This document shows, piece by piece, positions 23,344-34,065 of a stretch of 64,000 bases of DNA. The position numbers and the translations under genes were made by a program. Location of the stretch: positions 62,001 to 126,000 of the forward strand of contig NW_027590427.1 of NCBI RefSeq assembly GCF_964213995.1, given 5' to 3'. The number at the start of each line of letters is the position of its first letter. Position 1 is the first letter of the stretch. Under the pieces are notes generated by a model. The model saw only the letters and a program-made list of their open reading frames with translations. It made no database searches and was not told the origin of the DNA. Source of the DNA: Mustelus asterias. Lineage: Eukaryota.

Positions 23344-24021
23344 GAAAATGATTGACAAAATGTTAGAAATGGGAGAATTCATCACGGGGAATAAAGGGCC
23401 GAAGGGCCTGTTCCTGTGCTGTATTGTTCTTTGTTCGAGGGCCGAAGGGCCTGTACTGCGCTGTAATGTTCTATGTTCTGTGTTCTATGGATCTGTCAAT
23501 CAGCCTCAACCAGCACCTTCAGGAGAATTGGGAGGGTGAATATTAGATACAGCAGAGTGAGAATGGAGGGAGAGTGTGTGGGATGGAGATTCACAGCTTT
23601 TGGGGAATGAGAGAGGAAAGAATGTTCCAGAGAAACTAGAATTGTCCTGAATTTCTATCCTGTGCTGACACTGATCACTTTTGTAAATTCTTTTTACAGG
23701 ATATTGGAAGGGGAGGATTTACAGACAAATTTCAAACCAAACGTCACATCAACATCTGACATCCTCACTCAATTCATCGGGACCTGAATATTTCGACCTT
23801 TGTTTCTCAAAGGAGAAATGTTTCTCTGTTCTGTGCTTCAAATACTTTAATCATTTGTGTGACTTGAAAAGCACCGAGACACATACACAGCTGAGTGAGA
23901 GTGTTCCAGTTCCATTGCCTGAAAATACATCGCAGCATTCACAGTGGGAGAGACTGTACCTGTGTTCTGTGTGAGATTTAACTGATTGTTTAACCTGGAG
24001 AGTCACAAGGACACCCACACC

Positions 24022-24840
24022 ATGGAGAAACCGTGGAAATGTGGGGACTGTGGGAAGGGATTCATTTCCCCATCTCAGCTGGAAGCTCATCGACGCAGTC
24101 ACACTGGGGAGAGACCATTCACTTGCTGTGTGTGTGGCAAGGGATTCAGTCAGTTATCGAATCTGCGGACACACCAGCGAGTTCACACTGGGGAGAGGCC
24201 GTTCACCTGCTCTCAGTGTGGGGAGGGATTCACTCGGTTATCCAGCCTGCAGACTCATCAGCGAGTTCACACTGGGGAGAGGCCATTCACCTGCTCTCAG
24301 TGTGGGAAGAGATTCACTCAGACATCCCACCTGCAAACGCACCAGCGAGTTCACACTGGGGAGAGACCGTTCACCTGCTCTGTGTGTGGGAAGGGATTCA
24401 CTGACTTATCCAGCCTGCGGGGACACCAGCGAATTCACACTGGGGAGAGACCATTCACCTGCTCTCAGTGTGGGGACGGATTCACTCAGTCATCCGCCCT
24501 GCGGAGACACCAGCGAGTTCACACTGGGGAGAAGCTGTTCACTTGCTCTCAGTGTTTAAAGGGATTCACTCAATTATCCCACCTGCAGACACACCAGCGA
24601 GTTCACACCAGGGAGAGGCCATTTACCTGCTCTCAGTGTGGGAAGGGATTCACTGACTTATCCAACCTGCAGACACACCAGCGAGTTCACACTGGGGAGA
24701 AACCATTCACCTGCTCTCAGTGTGGGAAGGGATTCACTCAGTCATCCAGCCTGCGGAGACACCAGCGAGTTCACACTGGGGGAGGCCATTCATCTGCTCT
24801 CAGTGTGGGAAGAGTTTCAGAACTTCATCCCACCTGCTGA
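24022..24840 (+). CDS. Poly-C2H2 ZNF protein, 9 fingers; finger 10 lost by a 1-bp deletion (actgggggaggcc)
   Basis: caccATGG start; acceptor tttttacag at 23699; the shifted frame still encodes [22 protein letters not shown]. Confidence 0.8.
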   Translation: MEKPWKCGDCGKGFISPSQLEAHRRSHTGERPFTCCVCGKGFSQLSNLRTHQRVHTGERPFTCSQCGEGFTRLSSLQTHQRVHTGERPFTCSQCGKRFTQTSHLQTHQRVHTGERPFTCSVCGKGFTDLSSLRGHQRIHTGERPFTCSQCGDGFTQSSALRRHQRVHTGEKLFTCSQCLKGFTQLSHLQTHQRVHTRERPFTCSQCGKGFTDLSNLQTHQRVHTGEKPFTCSQCGKGFTQSSSLRRHQRVHTGGGHSSALSVGRVSELHPTC

Positions 24841-26263
24841 GACACCAACCAATTCACAAGTGATTCCAGGGGTTGGATTCTGCTGTTATTGTTTCTGCTC
24901 TCAGTTACATCCAGGACTACATTTTGTTCATTTTCCCAGTTGGTCAATGGGGAGGGTCGGAGGGGTTCTTTCTGCTGGACTGGCCGGTCTCACGACTTTG
25001 CCTCCAGTGGGCTGAGTCTTGTTGCGAATACCTGGTTTCAAATTTCACACGGATCACAGAGTGACCGGGCGATCGGAAGTTAAGACATGTTGAGTCAGCA
25101 TTTCTAATTGAAACACCGCCTGAATGCCAATCGAATTTCCTTTGCAATAGTTTGTTGTCTCCACTTCCTCCACCCTCGTAGGCAGCGAGTTCCAGAACAT
25201 TACCATTCGCTGCATCAAAATATTCTCCCTCACATTCCCCCCCCGCATCTCTGACCCAAAACCTTAAATCTGTGTCCCCCTCGTCCTTGTCTCATCAGCT
25301 AATGGGAACAGCTTTTCTTTGTCCACCTTATCTAAACCTGTCAGAATCTTGTCCACCTCTATCAAATCTCCCCTCAACCTCCTTTGTTCCAAGGAGAACC
25401 CCAGCCTGACATTGACAATAAGGAACAAACTAATAGAATATTTTAATGCCTGAAATCAAATGGGAATGTTTAATTTCTGATTTAAAGATATTGTGAATAT
25501 ATTGTCCTGGACAATCAAGGAATTTGAACAACTCACCTTGGGTGTGGTTGAATGGAATAGACAATCTGGTATCCACCTTCATTCTGGTGAAAGTATGGAA
25601 TGTGTAGCTGGAAAACCCTCCCTAACAGGACTGTGGGTGTACTTACACCTCAGGCATTGTAGCAGTTCAAGAAGGCAGTGTTGGGGTTGACCATGGCCGA
25701 GGCAGCTACATACAGCCACATATTTTGTTATAATTGAAGGACTGCAGATTGAATATGAGGCATTATGGGACTGGACTATCTTGACCACATTCCTGTGGCT
25801 GCTCAGTTTCTGCAATCACGGACCATTAAAGCTGCTTAGCAGGGCCCCGATAGAGGACGTGGTGGGAATATTTACTCAGAATGAGTTAGAATTAAACTTA
25901 TTCCAAAACACCGGCTGGTGTTCAGCAGCTGATATACCCGAATTTGTAAAAAGAGGGTCTGACCAATCAACAAACCATGGTAGGGAGTCGGTTAAGAAGT
26001 GAAGAAGCGTTCTCAGGCATTGTTTAAATTATTTCATCATAAATTTGTGATAAGAACTGTGAGGGACTTGTGACCCGATAGTCGGCGAGGTGACGGTATA
26101 CTCCAAGTAGCACTGGACTGAAAAGCAGACCTCTGAGCGTAGATTATAATGGTTATAATCCTACCCAAGCATGGTCAGTGAAAAATCAGAGCTCAAGTGG
26201 GGACCGGAGAGGTCTCTTACCTGCCATTTGGAAACTAAGAACAAGAAACATATTGATAAAATA

Positions 26264-26445
26264 ATTAGAGAATAGAGCCAACGTTTTGAGTCTGAATGAC
26301 ACTTCGTAAGAGCTCTTATGAAGGGACATCTTGATTCGAAATATTGGCTCTATTCTCTCTCCACAGATGCTATCAGACCCGCTGAGATTTTCCAGCATTT
26401 TCTGGGTTTTTTTCAGATTCCAGCATCCACAGTATTTCACTTTTA
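26264..26445. mobile_element. Penelope-like remnant, palindromic about gagctc (~26310-26315); mirror ~54736-54917
   Basis: agagaatagagccaacgttttgagtc... pairs with ...ttcgaaatattggctctattctct, followed by ctccacagatgctatcagacccgctgagattttccagca. Confidence 0.6.
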
Positions 26446-26839
26446 TGATAAAATGATTTGGTCTGATTGGGATCCCCACGACCCTCCCGCATTGTTCTGA
26501 CTCTACCAGCTGGGCTGTGGAATTAATTGGATAGATCTTCCAGAGAGCCAGCAGAGACATAATGGGCCAAATGATTTCTATTTATGCTGTATCATTCTCT
26601 AAAACAGTGAATATTCAGTATCAGGGACAGAGAGAAGAACCAGTGACTGTGCGATTGAACCCAGCCAGAATCAGCACCAGAAAGGGAGGAGTGAGAGGGA
26701 AACGGTGTGAAAGCTTTGAAACCATTGCATGGTCCTGCAGCAGAACTTTGAGAAATGGAGCACAGGAGATCACCAATTCTCAATATTTCATTAATTTACC
26801 TCAAATGCGAACAATGTTATTATGAATTAATTGTATGAG

Positions 26840-27330
26840 GTTTCAATGGCGGTTATTACCCAGCATTCGCTGCGGGTGTGAAAGTGCCCTACTCACTCCA
26901 CAGGAGCCCAGTGCGCAGGCGCAGCGCTGTATCTGGGGCATGCGCAGTGTCACTTTGCTCGGAGGCCTGCGAGTGCGGGAGATGCTGGTTTCAAGGGGTG
27001 AGAATCGGTAGGGCGGAGGGAGGAATGAAGCCGGGAGTCGGGGTGGGGAGGGAACAGAGGCTTCATGAACATCTGCTGTCGGCCGCAAGGCCTGAATAAG
27101 AGCCTTCCGGTCCCGGGTTTGCAGCTCCGGGGATTTTATCTGGGATCAGGCCCAGTGCCGTGGCCGCCATCTTTGTTTAGCGGGGAGCAGAGCGCATGCG
27201 CGGTCAGTGGGCGGAGCTTCAGGATTTGGGTGACCAGGAGAGACAATGTTTGAGTCATTGACTGACAGGCCGGGTTCATGGATGCTGCCTTTCCCGGGGG
27301 AAGGTGCTGCAGGGGGAATGTGCGGCCATT
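26840..27330 (+). promoter_or_regulatory. CpG-island promoter (mirror ~53860-54340)
   Basis: NRF1-like tgcgcaggcgca, gcatgcgca and gcgcatgcgc; YY1 gccgccatctt; GC boxes. Confidence 0.7.
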
Positions 27331-27920
27331 CGAATAACAGAACAAAAACATGATCAAAATTAGGAGCAGGAGGGGGCATCTCGACCCATCGAGGCTGCTC
27401 CACCATTCAGTAAACACATGGCTTAACTCAATTTTCCTCCAGCCTCAACCTCTCGAACTCATCACCTCCTGGGAGGTAAAATTGTAAATAACACAGCTTT
27501 GAATATACTCAATGAGCCGGCCTCTATTGTTCAATGAGGGAGAGAATTTCACAGCTTACTGAACTTCTGAGAGAAGCAATTTCTCCTCATCTCTGTCTTA
27601 GATCATTATTTTTAAATTGTTCTCGCAGTTCCAGATTCCGTGTTGAGGGGTAAACCCTTTCAGCATTCACTCTGTCAAGCACCTTCAGAATCTCATATGT
27701 TTCAGTAAGATCACATCTCATTTATCTAAAATCCAACGAGCATAGAAGCACCCTGCCGAACCTTTCCTCATAAAACAGACCCCTTCATGCCCAAAATCAG
27801 CGAGTGAACCTTGTCTGAATTGTTTCCAATGTAAGTATATTCCATCTTAAGTAATCTTATGCTAGAAAACAGGAGGGGAGAATGTTATGGATTTATATTC
27901 AGGACTGACAAATGACTGTT

Positions 27921-28268
27921 GGGGGTGACACAGTGGTTAGCAGTTCTGTCTCATAGCGCCAGAGACCCGGTTCAATTCCAGCCTCGGGTGATTGTCTGTA
28001 TGGAGTTTGCACATTCTCACTCTGTCTGTGTGGGTTTCCTCCGGGTGCTCTGGTTTCCTCCCACACTCCAAAGATGTGCAGGTTAGGTTGATCAACAGTG
28101 CTAAATTGTCCCTCTGTGTCCCAAGATGAGGGGGGAGGAAAGGGGAGGATTAGTGATGTACGTACATCAGGTTACAGGGATAGGGTCTGAGTAAAGGGTC
28201 TGTTAGAAACTTGATGCAGACTCAATGGCCTAAAAGACCTCCTTCTGCACTGCAGAAATTCTGTGATT
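27921..28268 (+). mobile_element. Older HE1-like SINE (mirror ~52918-53265)
   Basis: tRNA head, V-domain and degraded tail. Confidence 0.8.
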
Positions 28269-28386
28269 TTGGAATCTCCTTGGTTAGAAGAAGAGGATTT
28301 TCAAGCAATCTCAAACCCCCCAAAAATGTGTATCTCTTAATTTCAAGTCACAATTAACACGTGACTCTTGTAATCTCCTTTTGCAG

Positions 28387-28490
28387 GGAGTTAGAATATT
28401 TGAAGATTGCAATTTTTCTCTGATTCCAGTGCTTCTGACATCTTTCCAGCTGCAGGTTTCAAATTAGAAAACAGTGAAATTGTTTCAGAG
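28387..28490 (+). other. Predicted 104-bp non-coding internal exon
   Basis: Acceptor tctccttttgcag| and consensus donor cagag|gtgagt, downstream of the 26840 promoter. Confidence 0.5.
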
Positions 28491-29068
28491 GTGAGTATTA
28501 TTGAACATTTACCTATAATTTTGAATTTTCCTGCTGTGCTCTGTTATCTGTACTCTGGTTCCACGTCTTTGGGGCTGGTGTGACTCCGTTACTCTGGATC
28601 TGAATCCATGTCCATCCATTGCTTTGTTTCACCCCTGCCCTCCCTGATCACCTCTCTGTCATTGTCAGTTCAGAGAAGGATCTGCAGGCTGATAGCTGGG
28701 ATGAAGGCATTGTTTTGTGAGGAAAGGTTGGGCCTGTACTGACTGGAGTTTAGAGGTGATCATAGTATTGACATCAGATTGTGAGGTAGTGATTAGTATA
28801 GATGAAGAGAGGATGTTTCCAATGTTGGGGATTCCAGAATTAGTCGGCAAATTGTCAAAATAAAGGGTCCCCCATTTCTGATGGTGAGGAGGAGAAATGT
28901 CTTCCCTCAGAGGGCCGTTAGTCTTTGCAATTCTCTTCCCCAGAGAGCAGTGGAGGCTGCATCATTAAATATACTCAAAATACAGAGAGATTTTTGATCG
29001 AAAAGGGAGTCAAGGGTGACAGGAAGAAAAGTGGAGTTAAGATTACATCAAATCAGCCATGATCTTGA

Positions 29069-29508
29069 TGGGGAGACGATGGCCTTGTGGTATTATTGCT
29101 GGACTATTAATCAGAAACTCAGCTAATGTTCTGGGGACCCGGGTTTGAATCCTGCCATAGAATCATAGAAATCCTACAGTACAGAGGGAGGCCATTCAGC
29201 CCATCGAGTCTGCACCAACAACAATCCCACCCCATAGCAGCTTGGTGGAATTTGAATTCAATAAAAAATATCTGGAATTAAGAAATTACTGATGACCATG
29301 AAACCCTTTTGATTGTCGGAAAAACCTATCTGGTTCACTAATGTCCTTCAGGGAATGAAATCTGCCATCCTTAACTGGTCTGGCCGACATGTGACTCCAA
29401 AGCCACAACAATGTGGTTGACTTGCAACTGCCCTCCAAGAGCAACTCGGGATGGATAATAAATGCTGGCCAGCCAGCAACATCCATATCCCATGAATGAA
29501 TGAAAAAA
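29069..29508 (+). mobile_element. SINE family 2 with a nested antisense HE1 tail (~29157-29232); mirror 51679-52119
   Basis: Family-2 body interrupted by catagaatcatagaaatcctacag...acaatcccaccc. Confidence 0.8.
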
Positions 29509-29934
29509 ATTCAATTGAGCAGCTTGGTGGGCTGAATTTCTAACTATTTCTTATGATCTGTCAGGAACATGAAATGGTGAGTGTCAATCAGCATTAATTA
29601 GCACCTTCAGGAGAATTGGGTGGGTGTATATTAAAGTTTATTTATTAGTCACAAGTAAGGCTTATTTTAACACTGCAATTTCTCTTAAAGACATCGACAT
29701 CCTTTGCTCCCTCAGCTTGACACATTGATTTGTCTGGCTGAAAGGTCCCTTTCCTAATGTTCACAATTAAAGGGCTGGTTTCCCCAGGGGATGGCTGACA
29801 TTTAAAAGAACAATAAATTAATATAGGGCAGAGATATGCCTTGTGTTGTTACATTGTAGATTTGATATATTATTTATGGTTCTGTAACAAAGTACATTTA
29901 TTATTATTTCTCGTTTTATAATGGAGCACTGAAG

Positions 29935-32528
29935 GTAGTATGGGCGGAGATTAGAAATAGGAGAGGAGAGGTCACCCTGTTGGGAGTCTTTTATAGACCT
30001 CCTAAAAGTTCTAGAGAGGTTGAGGGAAGGATTGCGGAGTCAATCCTGCTTAGGAGTGAAAGTAATAGGGCAATTGTTATGGGGGATTTTAACTTGACTA
30101 ATATTGACTGGAATTGTTATAGCTCTAGCTCGTTAGAGGGGTCAGTTTTTGTTCAAAGCGTGCAGGAAGGTTTTTTGACTCAGTATGTAGACAGGCCAAC
30201 TAGAGGTGAGGCTATATTGGATCTGGTGCTGGGAAATGAGCCAGACCAGGTGCTAGACTTGGAAGTTGGTGTGCATTTTGGTGATAGTGACCACAATTCG
30301 GTTACGTTCACCTTAGTGATGGAAAGGGATAGGCATGAACCTCGGGCCAGTGGTTTTAGCTGGGGGAAGGGTAATTATGAGGCTATTAGGAGAGAATTAG
30401 GAAACATAGGTTGGACTAGGAGATTACAGGGACTGGGAACGTCCGACATGTGGAGTTTTTTCAAGGAGCAGCTACTGCGAGTCTGTGATAGGTATGTCCC
30501 TGTCAGGCAAGGAGGAATTGGTAGGGCTAGGGAACCGTGGTGCACCAAAAAAGTTTCTTTGTTGGTTAAAAAGAAAAAGGAGGCTTATGTTCGGATGAGA
30601 CGTGAGCACTCGGGTAGTGCACTAGAAAGCTTTAGATTGGCTAAGAGGGAGTTGAAGAGCGAGCTTAGAAGGGCTAAAAGGGGACATGAGAAGACTTTGG
30701 CGGATAGGGTTAAAGAGAATCCTAAGGCGTTCTATAGGTATGTCAAGAACAGAAGGTTGGTTAGGGCAAGTTTAGGGCCAGTTATAGATGGCAGAGGGAA
30801 GTTATGTGTGGAACCGGAGGAGATTGGTGAAGCATTGAACCAATATTTCTCTTCGGTGTTCACGCAAGGGGACATGAATATAGCTGAGGAGGACACTGGG
30901 TTGCAAGGGAGTAGAATAGACAGTATTACAGTTGATAAGGAGGATGTGCAGGATATTCTGGAGGGTCTGAAAATAGATAAATCCCCTGGTCCGGATGGGA
31001 TTTATCCAAGGATTCTCTGGGAGGCAAGAGAAGTGATTGCAGAGCCTCTGGCTCTGATCTTCAGGTCGTCGTTGGCCTCTGGTATAGTACCAGAAGATTG
31101 GAGGTTAGCGAATGTTGTCCCATTGTTTAAGAAGGGGAACAGAGACTTCCCCGGGAATTATAGACCGGTGAGTCTCACTTCTGTTGTCGGCAAGATGTTG
31201 GAAAAAATTATAAGGGATAGGATTTATAGTTATTTGGAGAGTAATGAATTGATAGGTGATAGTCAGCATGGTTTTGTGGCAGGTAGGTCGTGCCTTACTA
31301 ACCTTATTGAGTTTTTTGAGAAAGTGACCAAGGAGGTGGATGGGGGCAAGGCAGTGGACGTGGTATATATGGATTTTAGTAAGGCGTTTGATAAGGTTCA
31401 CCATGGTAGGCTTCTGCAGAAAATGCAGATGTATGGGATTGGGGGTGATCTAGGAAATTGGATCAGGAATTGGCTAGCGGATAGGAAACAGAGGGTGGTG
31501 GTTGATAGTAAATATTCATCATGGAGTGCGGTTACAAGTGGTGTACCTCAGGGATCTGTTTTGGGGCCACTGCTGTTTGTAATATTTATTAATGATCTGG
31601 ATGAGGGTATAGTTGGGTGGATTAGCAAATTTGCTGATGACACCAAAGTCGGTGGTGTGGTAGACAGTGAGGAAGGGTGTCGTAGTTTGCAGGAAGACTT
31701 AGACAGGTTGCAAAGTTGGGCCGAGAGGTGGCGGATGGAGTTTAATGCGGAGAAGTGTGAGGTAATTCACTTTGGTAGGAATAACAGATGTGTTGAGTAT
31801 AGGGCTAACGGGAGGACTTTGAATAGTGTGGAGGAGCAGAGGGATCTAGGTGTATGTGTGCATAGATCCCTGAAAGTTGGGAATCAAGTAGATAAGGTTG
31901 TTAAGAAGGCATATGGTGTCTTGGCGTTTATTGGTAGGGGGATTGAATTTAGGAGTCGTAGCGTTATGTTGCAACTGTACACAACTCTGGTGCGGCCGCA
32001 CTTGGAGTACTGTGTGCAGTTCTGGTCCCCACATTACAGGAAGGATGTGGAGGCTTTGGAGAGGGTGCAGAGGAGGTTTACCAGGATGTTGCCTGGTATG
32101 GAGGGGAGATCCTATGAGGAGAGGCTGAGGGATTTGGGATTGTTTTCGCTGGAAAGGCGGCGGCTAAGAGGGGATCTTATTGAAACATATAAGATGATTA
32201 GAGGTTTAGATAGGGTGGATAGTGATAGCCTTTTTCCTCTGATGGAGAAATCCAGCACGAGGGGGCATGGCTTTAAATTGAGGGGGGGTAGTTATAGAAC
32301 CGATGTCAGGGGTAGGTTCTTTACCCAGAGGGTGGTGAGGGATTGGAATGCCCTGCCAGCATCAGTAGTAAATGCGCCTAGTTTGGGGGCGTTTAAGAGA
32401 TCCATAGATAGGTTCATGGACGAAAAGAAATTGGTTTAGGTTGGAGGGTCACAGTTTTTTTTTTAACTGGTCGGTCCAACATCGTGGGCCGAAGGGCCTG
32501 TTCTGCGCTGTAATGTTCTATGTTCTAT
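29935..32528 (+). mobile_element. Young 5'-truncated CR1/HER1-type LINE
   Basis: Uninterrupted ORF2 from the junction, short 3' UTR and tail aatgttctatgttctat. Confidence 0.95.
29980..32439 (+). CDS. CR1 ORF2: C-terminal part of the APE endonuclease plus complete reverse transcriptase
   Basis: GVFYRPP, MGDFN and SDHN (endonuclease); KSPGPDG, NYRPVSLTS, QHGF, DFSKAFDKV, GVPQGSVLGP and FADD (RT). The frame is open from 29935; the endonuclease N-terminus is missing. Confidence 0.93.
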   Translation: MGVFYRPPKSSREVEGRIAESILLRSESNRAIVMGDFNLTNIDWNCYSSSSLEGSVFVQSVQEGFLTQYVDRPTRGEAILDLVLGNEPDQVLDLEVGVHFGDSDHNSVTFTLVMERDRHEPRASGFSWGKGNYEAIRRELGNIGWTRRLQGLGTSDMWSFFKEQLLRVCDRYVPVRQGGIGRAREPWCTKKVSLLVKKKKEAYVRMRREHSGSALESFRLAKRELKSELRRAKRGHEKTLADRVKENPKAFYRYVKNRRLVRASLGPVIDGRGKLCVEPEEIGEALNQYFSSVFTQGDMNIAEEDTGLQGSRIDSITVDKEDVQDILEGLKIDKSPGPDGIYPRILWEAREVIAEPLALIFRSSLASGIVPEDWRLANVVPLFKKGNRDFPGNYRPVSLTSVVGKMLEKIIRDRIYSYLESNELIGDSQHGFVAGRSCLTNLIEFFEKVTKEVDGGKAVDVVYMDFSKAFDKVHHGRLLQKMQMYGIGGDLGNWIRNWLADRKQRVVVDSKYSSWSAVTSGVPQGSVLGPLLFVIFINDLDEGIVGWISKFADDTKVGGVVDSEEGCRSLQEDLDRLQSWAERWRMEFNAEKCEVIHFGRNNRCVEYRANGRTLNSVEEQRDLGVCVHRSLKVGNQVDKVVKKAYGVLAFIGRGIEFRSRSVMLQLYTTLVRPHLEYCVQFWSPHYRKDVEALERVQRRFTRMLPGMEGRSYEERLRDLGLFSLERRRLRGDLIETYKMIRGLDRVDSDSLFPLMEKSSTRGHGFKLRGGSYRTDVRGRFFTQRVVRDWNALPASVVNAPSLGAFKRSIDRFMDEKKLV

Positions 32529-32650
32529 TGTGACATCACACTCTCACCCATTCCATTGTGACCTCACACTCCCACCCATTCCATTGTGACCTCACACTCT
32601 CACCCATTCCATTGTGACGTCACACCCTCACCCATTCCATTGTGACGTCA
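32527..32650. repeat. 28-bp tandem repeat, ~4.4 copies, carrying CRE-like TGAC(G/A/C)TCA sites
   Basis: attgtgac at 32527, 32555, 32583, 32611 and 32639; perfect TGACGTCA at 32615 and 32643. Confidence 0.9.
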
Positions 32651-33330
32651 GGGCTTCCCTCTCCGATCACAATCCCTGCCGGCCTCCCACATGCAGCCTC
32701 AATGGCGGCAGTCAGCCCGGGTCTAACACTACAAGCTGCCGCTCCATTTGGTACAAAGGGGGGGAACCGGGAAGTTCATTTCCGGGGTTTGGGGTTGAAC
32801 AACATGTTTACAAAGCCTCTCCACCCACCCGCCACATTTATCATTCCTCGCACGCCGCCCTCTACCTCGTATTGATCTCGCTACCGAGTTAAAACCGTCC
32901 ATCCGTCGTCATTACCCGCACTGCGCATGCTACAGGCCCCGCCTCTCATTCACTCCGATTGGTTGGAGGACCAGCCGCTCCCGCTCGGTCCTCCAGTCCG
33001 GCCCCCTCTTCCTATTGGTCCGGAGCTGCCGTCAATCAGTCCCCGGGCATTGTGATGTGGAGCATGCGCAGTGTCATTGCTGGCCTTGGCGCTTGTTTGT
33101 CCCGGAGAAGCGGAGTCAGCGTTAGGCGGTGGCTGGGAGGATTTGGAAACACTTTGTGGATCCGCAAACCCTTCAGAATCATTGTCAGCTCCCTGGTTTG
33201 CAGCTGCGGGGCTTCTCCCTCCCTCCCTCCCTCCCGGGAACAGGCCCAGGTTAACGGCCCCATCCTGGCTCAGCCACTGGAGGATGGTTCACATCAGAGG
33301 ATGGGGGAGGGGGACAATAAATAACAGGTA
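32650..33330 (+). promoter_or_regulatory. CpG-island promoter and first exon of the 34066 ZNF gene
   Basis: NRF1 tgcgcatgc and gcatgcgca, GC box, ATTGG boxes, aatggcggc; candidate donor aacag|gtaaca at 33328. Confidence 0.75.
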
Positions 33331-34065
33331 ACACTTTGGCCTCAAATCAATGAGGACTCTGATCTCTGGGAAGGAAGGAAACCCTGGGAGGTGGGCGGGG
33401 AGGATTCACAAACACCCGCTGGAGGCCCCAACACCCCCAATAAGACCCATTGTTTTTATTGTCAGTCTGCAGACAGGAGCTGGAGAACTGAACCCAGACA
33501 GAGGAGAGGGAGGGAGAAAACTGGGAGTGGAGGAAAGAAATGGTGAGATGGGTTTGGATTTCAGCGCAGGGAGGAGGGAGAGTGTGTGGGACGGAGATTT
33601 ACAGATTTGGGGGAACAAGAAAGGAAAAAATGTTCCAGAAAGACTAGAATTGTTCAGAGTTTCTATCCTGTTCTGACAGTGATGACTTTTCTAAACTGTT
33701 TTTACAGGATATTCAAAGTGAAGGAATGGCAGACAGAAAACTCAAACCGAACATCACATCTGACAAAGTCATTCAGTTCCTTCGGAGCTGAATATGATCG
33801 GTCTTTGAATATGGAAGGAGCAATATTTGTCTGTTCTGCCTGTGGGCAAAGAAATTAAACATCAGTGTGACCAGAAAAGCAGCAGGACAAACACACACCC
33901 GAGTGAGAGTGTTCCAGTGAACCGACTGTGGAAAGAGCTTTAACCAGTTACACAGCCTGAAAAAAAATCACAGTTCACAGCAGGGTGAAACTACGTGTAT
34001 GTTGTGTGTGTGGATGAGGCTTGAACTGATCATCCAACCTGGAGAAACACAAGGGCACCAGCACC

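Larger units (their letters stand above)
20574..29934. repeat. Left arm of a large inverted segmental duplication (partner 51254-60073)
   Basis: Reverse-complement colinearity over ~9 kb; ORFs such as 26186-26560 (-) and 54621-54995 (+) are identical. Confidence 0.97.

Noticed and set aside
24033-24656. Long alternative-frame ORFs over finger arrays (VGRDS.../WEGIH... repeats), also at 40916, 48023 and 48858
   Set aside because: These are by-products of the repeated 84-bp finger sequence; there is no independent evidence of coding.
29980-32439. Intact 819-aa RT ORF as a domesticated gene, retron or DGR-like diversifier of the finger arrays
   Set aside because: It has standard CR1 ORF2 motifs, a 5' truncation, a 3' UTR and a tail. 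Youth explains the open frame, and there is no template/variable repeat pair or adenine-specific variation.
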